A stretch of 64,000 nt of DNA from Klebsiella pneumoniae (lineage in GTDB: Bacteria; Myxococcota_A; UBA796; GCA-2862545): assembly GCA_945882675.1 (NCBI GenBank), contig CAMCWU010000001.1:763-64762 (forward strand), in the 5' to 3' direction. The position numbers and the translations under genes were made by a program. A model generated the notes under the pieces. The model was given only the letters and a program-made list of their open reading frames with translations, ran no database searches and had not been told where the DNA came from. This document shows, in pieces, positions 1 through 9,250 of this stretch (position 1 is the stretch's first letter; every line of letters begins with the position of its first letter).

Positions 1-420
1 ATGGTCGTCGACAACCGCCTCGGCTTCCTGGCGAACGTCGGGGACTCCCGCGGCTACCTGCTTCGCGACGGCGGGCTGTTCCAGGTCAGCCGGGACCACT
101 CGCTCGTGCAGAAGATGGTGGAGCGCGGCAGGCTCACGCAGGAAGAGGCGCGGCACCACCCGCACAGCAACATCCTGCTCCGCACGGTCGGGACCGAGCG
201 GGACGTCGACATCGACATCTTCCGCGTCGAGTTCCAGCCCGGGGACAAGGTGCTGATCTGCTCGGACGGCCTGTGGGGCGAGGTCGAGGATCGCGACATC
301 GAGTCGATCCTCAACACCTATAGCGACCCCCGGATCGCGGCGCGCGAGCTCGTCCGTGCGGCGCACACCGGCGGCGGCAAGGACAACGTGACGCTGGTGA
401 TCTTCACGATCCCTGGCTGA
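1..420 (+). CDS. PP2C-family Ser/Thr protein phosphatase, C-terminal fragment (5' end outside window)
   Basis: ORF is open from base 1. Motifs GDSRGY, ICSDGLW and GGKDNVT are typical of PP2C/Stp-type phosphatases. Stop at 418-420. Confidence 0.85.
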   Translation: MVVDNRLGFLANVGDSRGYLLRDGGLFQVSRDHSLVQKMVERGRLTQEEARHHPHSNILLRTVGTERDVDIDIFRVEFQPGDKVLICSDGLWGEVEDRDIESILNTYSDPRIAARELVRAAHTGGGKDNVTLVIFTIPG

Positions 421-423
421 GGA

Positions 424-2955
424 TCAGGGGTTCTTCGCGTCCCGGCCCTCTACGTAGCCCATGGCCTCGAGCGCGGACTTCAGCTCGTCGTCCGCGCCGT
501 CGATGGCGGACGTCTCCGCGTTCGGCTGCGGCGCGAACCCCCACGAGATGGCGATCGCTCGCCCGCCGACCCGTTCGTTCGCGAGGGGCAGGCGGGTCTT
601 TCCGGGCGCCGAACCCCGGGCCTCCGGGATCGTCATCGTCTTCGTCTCGCCGCCGCAGGTGACGACGAACCCGGCCCGCTGCGTCACGCCCTCGACCGGC
701 TGGGTGGGGACGACGTACGCCTCGCGCGTGCCGTGAAAGCCCGCCTCCCACGTGAACGTGGCCTGCTGCATGGGCTCGGCGCCCGTGGTGTCCAGCGGTC
801 CGACCACCACGGTCACCTCCGAGCCCTTGAGCGGATCGTCCCCGGGCCACGCCGCCTTGATCCCGCCCGGCATCGACACCGTGACGGTGAGCTCCTTGTC
901 GCCCAGCGGCCCCGGCGCGCGCGCCGGCGCGATCCGGAACCCCGCGTCCACGTCGCGCCCGAGCACCGCCGCCAGGTACCCGCGGTACGCCGGACCCGGA
1001 ACGCTCTGGTCGTCCTTCGCGAGGTTGGCCTTCTCCCCGGGATCGCTCGCGAGATCGTAGAGCGCCTCGCGGCCCTCCGTCGTCGTCCACTTCTGGCCGT
1101 CGTGCAGGACGCCCCAGCGCGGGCTCCCGTAGAGCGGTCGTCCGAAGGCCTGATCCCGATCCTCGAGCGCAGAGACCGCCGCCGCGTCTCCGCGCGCCGC
1201 CGGCAGCAGGCTCGTGCCGTCCAGCCCGCCTGCCGGCAGGCCGAGCGCGTCGAGCACCGTCGGCGTGATGTCGAGGAGGCTCACCGGCGCCGCCTGGCGC
1301 CCCGCCGCGAGCCCCGGGACCCGCACGACCAGGGGGACGCGCAGGAGCTCGTCGAACAGGGTGTGGCCGTGCTCGAACCCCTTGTGATCCCACAGCTCCT
1401 CGCCATGATCCGCGAAGAACACCACGATGTCGTTGTCGTCCGCCATCGCGATGACCTTGCTGGCTTCGTCCACCGCGAACTTCACGTTGTTGTCGTACCG
1501 GTCCTTCACGTACTCCTGCTGCTCGGGGGTCTGCGCCTTCCGCGCGTCGTCGAGCGAGACCTGCTCCGAGAAGCCCGCAGGCGTGTCGCCCGCGAACGCG
1601 TGACGGTAGCTTCCGGGCTCCTTGTACGGCAGGTGCGGGTCCATGTAGTGGACGAGGAGCAGCCGGTCCCGGCCCTCGTGCGCGTCGAGCCACTGCATCG
1701 CCTGCGCCGTGACCTCGTCCCCGTCGGGCCAGTTGGTGACGTGCTGGAAGTCCCAGCCGCGGTCCATGTCGAAGTTGGGCGACAGGTACACATTCCCGGC
1801 GATCATCCCGGTGGCCCAGCCCTGGGCGCGCAGGCGGGCCTGGAGCGTCTCCGCGACGGCGAACTCCTCCGGCTGCCGGCCGGTGAGGATCGCCCGCGCC
1901 GATGGCAGCGTCCACGGCGCGACGGATCGCGCGTTCTCGAAGACCACGGCGTCGCGCTTCGCCCAGTCGTCGAGGGGGCGGCTCGTGGGGCGGCCGTAGC
2001 CGTAGGTACCCAGGTGATCCGGGCGCAGGGTGTCCACGAACACCAGCAGCACGGTCGTCGGGTTCCGCTCCCGCGACGAGACCACCGGCTCGCCCAGGAA
2101 CACGTAATCGAAGTCGGGCGTGGCCTTCGGCTCGGAGAGGACGCGGAGCCGCACCGCCTTGCCCGCCCACCGCGACAGGTCCACGCGCTGCTGCGCGAAC
2201 TTTCCGACGGCCAGCTCTCCTCGGTAGACCTCCGTCTTCACGCCGTCGGCCTCGATCTCGACGATGAGGGTGGCGCCGTCGGACGGGCGCGCGTCCAGCA
2301 CCTCCGGCTCCACGATCCCGGGCGCGAAGTGGAGCTCGCCCGCCGGCGGGACGGTGATGTCCCACGCGACCTTCCCCGGCGCGGGCACGAGGACGCCCTG
2401 GCGGCTGTCCCACCCCGCCTGGACGGACGTGCGCACGAACGCCGCGGGCTCCACCCCACCCGACATGCTCAGGTTCAACGCGCGCTCACGCGCCACGGCC
2501 TTTGGCCACCGCAGGTGCAGCTCGCCGGGCGCCGGCGCCTCCCGATCGCCCGGGAGCGCGACCACGAGCTTGTCGCGGTCGTGGTTCCAGTGGGTCTTCC
2601 CGTTCGCGCCCCGCTCGTAGGGGACGCGCGCACCCGTGGCGTCCACCAGCTCGAGGCCGGGCTGCGGCGTGTGGAAGAACAGCCCGCGCGGCCGCACGGG
2701 GATGTCCATCTCGTACCGCGACATCCCCTTGAGCGGGCCGAGCGCGCGCCACGGGCCGTCGAGCGGGATGTCCGTGGCGGGCACGGCACCGCCGGGCCGG
2801 TTGCCCGCGGGGATCTCGATCTCGGCGAAGGGGACGTCCACCCCGAGCGCGAGCGCGACGCCGTCGTCCACGGGCGCCGGCCGGCCCGAGCCCCAGCAGC
2901 CCGCCAGCAACGCTCCGAGACCCCACCCGCCACGCACCAACCGCCGAGCCGCCAC
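424..2955 (-). CDS. Sulfatase-like (alkaline-phosphatase superfamily) lipoprotein, 843 aa
   Basis: GTG start at 2955. Lipobox LLAGC near the N-terminus. Catalytic core has LLVFVDTLRPDHLGTYGYGRPT and FFADHGEELWDHKGFEHGH. The nucleophile motif reads WTLPSARAILTG. Long non-catalytic N- and C-terminal regions. Confidence 0.8.
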   Translation of the reverse strand: MAARRLVRGGWGLGALLAGCWGSGRPAPVDDGVALALGVDVPFAEIEIPAGNRPGGAVPATDIPLDGPWRALGPLKGMSRYEMDIPVRPRGLFFHTPQPGLELVDATGARVPYERGANGKTHWNHDRDKLVVALPGDREAPAPGELHLRWPKAVARERALNLSMSGGVEPAAFVRTSVQAGWDSRQGVLVPAPGKVAWDITVPPAGELHFAPGIVEPEVLDARPSDGATLIVEIEADGVKTEVYRGELAVGKFAQQRVDLSRWAGKAVRLRVLSEPKATPDFDYVFLGEPVVSSRERNPTTVLLVFVDTLRPDHLGTYGYGRPTSRPLDDWAKRDAVVFENARSVAPWTLPSARAILTGRQPEEFAVAETLQARLRAQGWATGMIAGNVYLSPNFDMDRGWDFQHVTNWPDGDEVTAQAMQWLDAHEGRDRLLLVHYMDPHLPYKEPGSYRHAFAGDTPAGFSEQVSLDDARKAQTPEQQEYVKDRYDNNVKFAVDEASKVIAMADDNDIVVFFADHGEELWDHKGFEHGHTLFDELLRVPLVVRVPGLAAGRQAAPVSLLDITPTVLDALGLPAGGLDGTSLLPAARGDAAAVSALEDRDQAFGRPLYGSPRWGVLHDGQKWTTTEGREALYDLASDPGEKANLAKDDQSVPGPAYRGYLAAVLGRDVDAGFRIAPARAPGPLGDKELTVTVSMPGGIKAAWPGDDPLKGSEVTVVVGPLDTTGAEPMQQATFTWEAGFHGTREAYVVPTQPVEGVTQRAGFVVTCGGETKTMTIPEARGSAPGKTRLPLANERVGGRAIAISWGFAPQPNAETSAIDGADDELKSALEAMGYVEGRDAKNP

Positions 2956-3012
2956 CGGTCGCTCCCATGCCCGCGCGCCGCGGGCCCCACCCGTTTAGCG
3001 CAAACGAGAGCA

Positions 3013-3035
3013 CCGCGGGAGTGTTCCCCCCGCGG
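3013..3035 (-). terminator. Candidate weak intrinsic terminator hairpin downstream of the metzincin gene
   Basis: 7-bp GC stem CCGCGGG / CCCGCGG with a 9-nt loop, about 48 nt after the stop at 3083. On the minus strand it is followed by TGCTCTCGTTTGC, which is only a weak T-tract. Confidence 0.25.
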
Positions 3036-3082
3036 CGCCCCATGATCCGACGATGTGAGGCGCCCCTGGCGCGCCCCGGCCC

Positions 3083-4492
3083 CTACCGCTTGCGGCGGAG
3101 CGCCAGCAGGATGAGCCCGCTCAGCATCATGCCGGTGCCGGCCGCACCGCTCGTGGTGTCGCAGGCGGAGTAACCGTCGCCGCGGCTCTCTTCCGCTTCG
3201 AAGGTCGCCATCGCCGCGCCGGTGCCGCCCGGGCCGCCGAGGTTGAGGACGACCGTGTAGGTCCCGTCCTCCGGGAAGTTGATCTTCGGATCCCAGCCCG
3301 AGTACGTGAGCTCGGAGATCGGCTCGCCGGAGACGCTGGCGCCCTTGTAGACCTGCCACTCGATGTTGGTGTAGCAGCCGTACACGGAGACGTCCGTGTC
3401 GTTGACCATCTGGTAGGCGAGGCCGTCCACGTGCTCGATGGTGAACTCGGGCTCAGGCACGCCGCAAGCGCGGACGAAGCCGACCTTGCGGAAGTCGTTG
3501 GACCAACCGTCTTCGCCGCAGGCGTCGCGGTCGCCGGTCACCGAGACCTCGACCGTGTAGTTGCCGGGCTCGGTGTACGTGTGCTTCGCGTCGAGGCCTG
3601 TCGCCTCGTCGCCGCCGTCACCCCAGCGCCACTCGACCGACGTGATCTCTTCCCGGTAGTCCGAGACGATCGAGCACTTCAGGTCGAACGGGATGACGCC
3701 GAGCGCGAGGGTGTCCGAGAGCTGGTTGCTGCACGCGAAGCTGGCCGACGGACCGTACAGGGCGGTGATGCCCTCGATGTCGTCAGGGTTCAGATCGCCG
3801 GACGCGGTGTTGCAGTCGGAGACGCTCCAGTACATGGTCGCCTCCTTCAGGACCGGATCCACGCAGGGATCGCCCTCCTGACACGAGTGATCGAGGCCGT
3901 AGAGGTGGCCGATCTCGTGCGTCGCGACGCCGAAGATGTCGGTCCGGCCAGCGCAGTTGTCCTCGATGTCTTCCGGCGTGCCGAAGTTCGTGTCGTTCTC
4001 GAAGACGATGTCGGCGTCGAGGTTCCGGTAGTACTTCTTGCCGTTGAAGACGAAGAGCTGCTCGCCCGGGGACGAACGGGTCACTGCGAGCGTGCCGACG
4101 TCCGTGATGTCGTCGTCCCCGCGGGTGGTGATGTCCCCGTCCGGGCCCGGATCGTCGTACGACGTGTAGTTCATGAAGTCTTTGAGGAACCCGATGTTCG
4201 GGTTCTCACCGACGTACGTGTTGCTCACGGACGCGCAGGCGGCCTGTTCGGCCCACGCGTCGTGCCCGCCCTGCATCATCTCCTGGCAGTAGTTCACGTC
4301 CTCCGGGCGGGAGTCCCGCACGGAGTCCTCGCAGTCCTCACGGGCCGCGGTGTACCAGGGCAGCGGGAAGTCTTCCTGCGGGACCCAGGCGAAGGTGGTG
4401 TGGCTCCACGCGGCCGCCTGGCCGGGGGCCAGGAAGCCGAGGAGCAGCGCGATCGATCCCACCGCGCGCGTCTTGGTCGTGCTGACGTTCAT
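3083..4492 (-). CDS. Secreted metzincin (matrixin-like zinc metalloprotease) with PKD-like repeat and MYXO-CTERM-type sorting tail, 469 aa
   Basis: Internal ATG at 4492 (MNVSTTKTRAVGSIALLLGFLAPGQAAAW signal peptide) overlaps the upstream stop as ATGA. Zinc motif HEIGHLYGLDH plus Met-turn ATMYW. PKD signature WRWGDGGDEATGLDAKHTYTEPGNYTVEVSV. C-terminus is SACDTTSGAAGTGMMLSGLILLALRRKR. The ORF-track extension to 4828 is unsupported. Confidence 0.85.
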   Translation of the reverse strand: MNVSTTKTRAVGSIALLLGFLAPGQAAAWSHTTFAWVPQEDFPLPWYTAAREDCEDSVRDSRPEDVNYCQEMMQGGHDAWAEQAACASVSNTYVGENPNIGFLKDFMNYTSYDDPGPDGDITTRGDDDITDVGTLAVTRSSPGEQLFVFNGKKYYRNLDADIVFENDTNFGTPEDIEDNCAGRTDIFGVATHEIGHLYGLDHSCQEGDPCVDPVLKEATMYWSVSDCNTASGDLNPDDIEGITALYGPSASFACSNQLSDTLALGVIPFDLKCSIVSDYREEITSVEWRWGDGGDEATGLDAKHTYTEPGNYTVEVSVTGDRDACGEDGWSNDFRKVGFVRACGVPEPEFTIEHVDGLAYQMVNDTDVSVYGCYTNIEWQVYKGASVSGEPISELTYSGWDPKINFPEDGTYTVVLNLGGPGGTGAAMATFEAEESRGDGYSACDTTSGAAGTGMMLSGLILLALRRKR

Positions 4493-5151
4493 CGCGGGAT
4501 CCTGTTCTCGGGGAGGTTGATCGTGCGCAGGGTCTCGAGCGGGAGCCCCTGGATCGGCTGGCCGTCCCAGCCCGCGGCGACGCGCGCCTGGATCTGGGCG
4601 ATGAGATCGTCCGCGTAGATGCGGTGCTCGGGCTGCGGGTGCGGCAGGAACCGGCCGTCGTACGCGATGGCTTCGTCCTGGGGCTGCGACCAGGTCCGGA
4701 CGTACGGGCGGGAGTCGCCCGGCGCGCGCCGCACCATGTACTTGCCCAGGTACTTCTGCACGACGCCCAGACGGCCGCTCTCGTGCTTGTTGAGGAAGAG
4801 CACCACGTCTTCGTCCGGCGAGAACCAAGCGCGACCCGGCACGTCGAGGATCACGCCGCTGAACGTGCCGCCCATCTGGTCGACGACGATCTCCGCCGGA
4901 ACGTCCACGCCTTTGTAGACGGTGCCGACGCGGACCCGCGACTTCGTCCAGATGCGGCCGTACTCGTCCATTTCGGACCAGGACTCGAGAACGGTCCCGC
5001 GGACCACCATGCTGGCCGCGTCCGTCATCTGCTCTACGGAGAGCTGTGCGAACGTGGTGGCGTGAGCGGGGCCGCTCGCCGTGATCGCTACGAGGGGCGA
5101 TGCTGCGAGCATTCCCCAGGTCAGCGCACGGTACAGGCTGTGTCGGTTCAT
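4489..5151 (-). CDS. Secreted hypothetical protein, 220 aa, translationally coupled to the metzincin
   Basis: ATG at 5151 is preceded by GGAGAGGGTG (SD). Signal peptide MNRHSLYRALTWGMLAASPLVAITASGPAHA. The stop overlaps the metzincin ATG (ATGA at 4489-4492). I recognise no family. Confidence 0.7.
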   Translation of the reverse strand: MNRHSLYRALTWGMLAASPLVAITASGPAHATTFAQLSVEQMTDAASMVVRGTVLESWSEMDEYGRIWTKSRVRVGTVYKGVDVPAEIVVDQMGGTFSGVILDVPGRAWFSPDEDVVLFLNKHESGRLGVVQKYLGKYMVRRAPGDSRPYVRTWSQPQDEAIAYDGRFLPHPQPEHRIYADDLIAQIQARVAAGWDGQPIQGLPLETLRTINLPENRIPR

Positions 5152-5175
5152 CACCCTCTCCGGGAATAGGGGGGT

Positions 5176-5204
5176 ACCATACACCACGGATCGGCTGTGA
5201 TCAA
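5176..5204 (-). promoter_or_regulatory. Candidate sigma70-type promoter for the 4489-5151/metzincin unit
   Basis: Minus strand reads TTGATC, 17 nt spacer, TATGGT. The -10 element ends about 25 nt upstream of the ATG at 5151. Confidence 0.35.
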
Positions 5205-5225
5205 GCGGTTACGGCGCGTCCGATG

Positions 5226-5240
5226 ATCCGGTGACCGGAT
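5226..5240. repeat. Inverted repeat ATCCGG-tga-CCGGAT (6-3-6), candidate operator in the divergent intergenic region
   Basis: Perfect 6-bp arms read directly in the 344-bp region between 5151 and 5532. It lies about 22-36 nt upstream of the putative minus-strand -35 element. Confidence 0.3.
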
Positions 5241-5531
5241 GTGATGAGTCGTTAACCCCCGGACCCCTCACGACGCGCCGATCGCGCCGGGCGCTCGGGC
5301 AGGGGAGGGGAGGGGGCGGTCGGGAAACCTCGCGGCCCGAGAGCGGCAGAGGTGGGCCTTCGTCGCACCCAGTGTTAGCAGGCCAGCCCCCGCCGGCACC
5401 TGAGCCGGTTGACTTCCGCTGCCCGGTCTTGTAGACCCAGCAGGTTCCGTTCCGGCCCGCCGGTCACGGCAAAGCAAGTGGAAAGTCGAGTTTAGAGGGT
5501 CACTCGAGAAGACCCCAGAGGACGAACCCGC

Positions 5532-8282
5532 ATGTTCCTCATCACCGCCAACGCCCGGGCGCTCCTGCGATTCCTCGCAGCGATCGCCTGTCTGCTCGTC
5601 GCCGTCCCCGCGATGGCTCAGCAGACGACGGGATCCATCCGCGTCCTCGTGTCGGACGTCGACGACCTTCCCATCCCCGGGGCGCAGCTGGATCTGACCG
5701 GCGACCGCGGCACGGAGACGCAGATGACGAACGACCTCGGTCAGTTCGTCTTCACCGCGCTCCTGCCCGGTACGTACGAGGTGGACGTCACGAAGTCTGG
5801 CTTCAACGGCGTGAAGCTCACGAACGTCATCGTGAACGTCGGCCGCGAGACCACGCTCCCCGTCCAACTGGTCACCGGAAGCGGCGTCGAGGACGTCGTC
5901 GTCATCGGCCAGCAGACGATCGACACCACGTCGACCTCGCGCGCCCAGGTGCTCACCAAGGACTTCCTCCAGAAGGTCCCGACGGGCCGCTCCTACCAGG
6001 CCGCCGTCCAGATGGCGAACGGCGTGCAGGGCGGTGCGAACCCGAACATGGCGGGTTCGGCGAGCAACGAGAACACCTACATGCTGGACGGGGCCACCAT
6101 CACGGACCCCGTGACCGGCACGTTCTCGGTGAACTTCAACTTCGACGCCATCCAGCAGATCGAGGTCATCCTCGGCGGCTACATGCCGGAGTACGGCACG
6201 GCGATCGGCGGCGTCGTGAACCTCGTGACGGAGTCGGGGACCAACAACCTCGAGTTCAACGTCACGGCGTTCTACACGAACGGCGAGTGGTCGCCGCGCA
6301 TCGACGACCGCTACACCGCGGACGGCTTCCTGCTCGCGCCCACGACCTTCGACCGGAAGCTCCAGGCGCTGCAGATCTCGAGCCTGGTGTCCGGCCCGGT
6401 CGTCAAGGACAAGGCCTGGTTCATCATCTCGTACCAGGGCGTGCGGAACCTGTCGTCGGTGAGCGGCGTCTCGACCCCGCGTGACTTCGACGGGCACTAC
6501 GTCCTCGCCAAGCTCACGGTGCAGCCGTCGACCGAGCACCGGTTCACGGGCTTCCTCCAGATGAACCCGACGAATATCGACAACCTCGACCAGAGCATCT
6601 TCACCCGGGCGGAAGCGCAGCAGCGCCAGGCCCAGGGCGGCTTCGTCACCCAGACGCGCTGGCAGTGGTTCCTCTCGCCGGAAGCGAACCTCGACACGCA
6701 GATCGTCATCCAGAAGACGTTCATCGAGGTCGGTGCCGTGCCGTGTACCCACGACCGGGACCTCGGCTACCACCCCTGCAAGCCGGACGAGGAGGAGAAC
6801 TCGAGCGACTGGGAGACCCCGGGCCGCGTGGGCCTCTTCGGCGCCTACTCCTCGGTGAACTACGGCTCGTACTACTTCGACGACCGCTACCGCTACCAGG
6901 CGTCCACCAAGCTCTCGCTCCTCTCGATCGAGGACCCGCTCGGCGGCACGCACGACGTGAAGTTCGGCATCGAGGGCGTCCAGCTCGTGTGGGACCAGCT
7001 CCAGGGCTACAGCGGCAACACGCTGTACATCGACATCAACCAGACCTTCTTCGATCCGTTGTCGCTCACGAACTACTACTGGCTCGAGATCACCGGGCCG
7101 ATCACGTACCGGACGACCGGTTCGCAGTTCAACGCGTTCGCCCAGGACAGCTGGAAGCCGGTCAGCAACCTGACCATCAACTACGGCTCCCGCGTCGATA
7201 ACTTCGTCATGCGCAACGACATCGGTGAGCCCGTCGTGACCGGGACGGTCTTCGGGCCGCGCCTCTTCGCGGCCTGGGACCCCTTCAAGGACCAGAAGAC
7301 CAAGGTGGCCGCGGGTTGGGGTCGCTTCAACGACACCGGCACGCTGGACATCGCGAGCTTCACGGCCGCGGGCAACTACGGCTCCAAGCTCTGGCTCGGC
7401 GAGTACCTGGTCGGCGCCGATGGGTACAGCAACGGCTTCGCCAGCATGTACGACTTCGGGCCGCGCGAGAACCTGAACACCTCGCTCGAAGACCTCCGCA
7501 GCCCCCGCGTCGACGAGGTCCTCCTGACCCTCGAGCGCGAGGTCGTGGACGACGTCGCGTTCTTCAGTAACGTGACCGGCAAGTTCACGCGCAACATCTA
7601 CGAGTTCGACGAGACCAACCTCATCTACGACAGCGACGGCTCGACCGTCATCGGCTCGCGCTACGACGACCCGACCCAGCCGCTGTACCGGCTCCGCACG
7701 CCCGTTCTCGCCAAGCGCGACTACTATCAGTGGGACCTCGGTGTCCGCAAGGTGGACTCCCACCGCTGGGCGTCGAGCGCGACCTACACGTACTCGAACA
7801 CGTTCGGCTCCACGAGCGGGCGGGCCGCGGGCGACTTCTCCCGCGATCCCCAGACGCAGTACAACTACGGCCCGCTCCTGTACAACTCGAACCACGTCGT
7901 GAAGGTCCTCGGCTACTGGGACCTCCCCACGGACCCGTGGAAGCAGACCGTCGGCGCGTTCTTCCAGTACAGCTCGGGCATCCCGGTCGAGCGGCTCTAC
8001 TGGGCGGAGGCCGATCCGGTCTTCGGCTCGTACAGCCTGCGCGTCCGCCCGCGGGGCACGTACCTGACGTACAACCCCGAGTGGTTCCTGAACGTCTCGT
8101 TCAGCCAGGAGATCAACGTCCGCAAGGGTAAGTTCCAGGTCACGGCGGAAGCCCTGAACATCACGAACAACCAGGCGCCGTCGTTCTTCGACGCCAACAA
8201 CCTGTACCAGAACAACCGGCTCTTCGCGGTCGCGCGGCAGCAGCCGCTCACGTTCAACCTCTCGGCAGAGTACAACTTCTGA
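5532..8282 (+). CDS. Oar-type TonB-dependent transporter (CarboxypepD_reg-like N-domain + plug + beta-barrel), 916 aa
   Basis: Signal peptide ends VPAMAQQ. N-domain SIRVLVSDVDDLPIPGAQLDL...GTYEVDVTKSGF. TonB-box-like EDVVVIG. Plug segment LQKVPTGRSYQAAVQMANGVQG. Barrel ends LSAEYNF. Confidence 0.9.
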   Translation: MFLITANARALLRFLAAIACLLVAVPAMAQQTTGSIRVLVSDVDDLPIPGAQLDLTGDRGTETQMTNDLGQFVFTALLPGTYEVDVTKSGFNGVKLTNVIVNVGRETTLPVQLVTGSGVEDVVVIGQQTIDTTSTSRAQVLTKDFLQKVPTGRSYQAAVQMANGVQGGANPNMAGSASNENTYMLDGATITDPVTGTFSVNFNFDAIQQIEVILGGYMPEYGTAIGGVVNLVTESGTNNLEFNVTAFYTNGEWSPRIDDRYTADGFLLAPTTFDRKLQALQISSLVSGPVVKDKAWFIISYQGVRNLSSVSGVSTPRDFDGHYVLAKLTVQPSTEHRFTGFLQMNPTNIDNLDQSIFTRAEAQQRQAQGGFVTQTRWQWFLSPEANLDTQIVIQKTFIEVGAVPCTHDRDLGYHPCKPDEEENSSDWETPGRVGLFGAYSSVNYGSYYFDDRYRYQASTKLSLLSIEDPLGGTHDVKFGIEGVQLVWDQLQGYSGNTLYIDINQTFFDPLSLTNYYWLEITGPITYRTTGSQFNAFAQDSWKPVSNLTINYGSRVDNFVMRNDIGEPVVTGTVFGPRLFAAWDPFKDQKTKVAAGWGRFNDTGTLDIASFTAAGNYGSKLWLGEYLVGADGYSNGFASMYDFGPRENLNTSLEDLRSPRVDEVLLTLEREVVDDVAFFSNVTGKFTRNIYEFDETNLIYDSDGSTVIGSRYDDPTQPLYRLRTPVLAKRDYYQWDLGVRKVDSHRWASSATYTYSNTFGSTSGRAAGDFSRDPQTQYNYGPLLYNSNHVVKVLGYWDLPTDPWKQTVGAFFQYSSGIPVERLYWAEADPVFGSYSLRVRPRGTYLTYNPEWFLNVSFSQEINVRKGKFQVTAEALNITNNQAPSFFDANNLYQNNRLFAVARQQPLTFNLSAEYNF

Positions 8283-8290
8283 GGCGCGCC

Positions 8291-9250
8291 ATGAACAACA
8301 CTCATCTTCGGCTCGCCCTCCACCCGAGCCTCGCTGCCATGGCCCTCGCGCTCGCTGCCCTCTCGGGCTGCACGTGGGACGAGGGGATCATCGTCGAGAA
8401 TATGGTGGGCACCGTCGTGCTCCCGCCGGAAGCGGCCACCCGCAGCTTCCTGGGCCAGGACGGGCAGGAGCAGACTCTCACCGACACCCGGCTGATCGGC
8501 CCCGTCTACCTCGGCCTGTACCCGTCGGTGCAGGAGGGCCTCGAGGCCTACCCGTACCCGGAGGTCGGCCCGCAGTTCGTCGCCGGAACCCCGGGCGACA
8601 CCTACCCCTACGGCGGCACGACGATCGGCGACATCCGGTACGCGTGCGTCGAGTTCCTGGCCTGCAAGTTCGTCAGCGGCCGCCATGCGACGCTCGACGA
8701 CCTGGTGGACTGGTTCGACACGACGCTCCAGGACCCGATCCTCGACCAGTTCGGCAACCAGGTCCCGAGCGGCGACTACCTCCGCCAGACCTGCTTCGAC
8801 CTGCTCGAGGTCACGTCGGACGCCGAGCTCCGGATCCCGTCTGCGGACCAGAACCTCGACGGTCAGGTGGACGCGGAGGACCTCGACTTCAAGCAGCGCA
8901 ACGACGGCATGTTCGAGGCCTCGTTCACGATCTACCAGCAGGAGTGGTTCGACAACGCCGACATGGTGGCGCGCGACGGCGGGCCGGACGCCGACATCCA
9001 CGGCTTCACGCTGTGGGGCTTCATGGACGCCCCGGGCGTGCTCACGTCGGAGTTCTCGACCTGCAACCCGACTCAGGGCTACGTCGAGGACAACTACAAC
9101 AACTTCTTCTTCGGCGGCCAGGCCTACACGGACATCCTGAACCAGCCGGCCTTCTACATCGCCGACGGGGACTGGGTCTCCAACGGCTTCGTGTACGAGA
9201 ACTGGTACGACGCCCCCGAGCTCGCCATCGACATCCAGGTGAACCCATGA
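8291..9250 (+). CDS. Acidic Cys-containing lipoprotein, 319 aa, unknown family
   Basis: Lipobox ALAALSGC. Starts 8 nt after the transporter stop. High GC3. I recognise no family. Confidence 0.8.
   Translation: MNNTHLRLALHPSLAAMALALAALSGCTWDEGIIVENMVGTVVLPPEAATRSFLGQDGQEQTLTDTRLIGPVYLGLYPSVQEGLEAYPYPEVGPQFVAGTPGDTYPYGGTTIGDIRYACVEFLACKFVSGRHATLDDLVDWFDTTLQDPILDQFGNQVPSGDYLRQTCFDLLEVTSDAELRIPSADQNLDGQVDAEDLDFKQRNDGMFEASFTIYQQEWFDNADMVARDGGPDADIHGFTLWGFMDAPGVLTSEFSTCNPTQGYVEDNYNNFFFGGQAYTDILNQPAFYIADGDWVSNGFVYENWYDAPELAIDIQVNP

Noticed and set aside
5188-5531. Possible cobalamin or other riboswitch in the 344-bp leader of the TonB-dependent transporter. Also a TTGACT-N17-TAGACC promoter at 5409-5437.
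   Set aside because: I could find no B12-box-like sequence (GCCACTG-type core), and Oar-type transporters are not BtuB-like. The promoter has a good -35 but a poor -10 (3/6), so I do not report it as a feature.
5268-7895. 875-aa minus-strand ORF antisense to the first transporter gene. Similar giant antisense or out-of-frame ORFs occur at 24929-29380, 56841-61799, 37600-40014, 62062-63933, 404-2413 and 733-3045.
   Set aside because: Their translations are low-complexity and rich in Arg, Ala, Gly and Pro, with no motifs. They lie opposite or out of frame to genes with clear family signatures. Long spurious ORFs are expected at this GC content because stop codons are rare.
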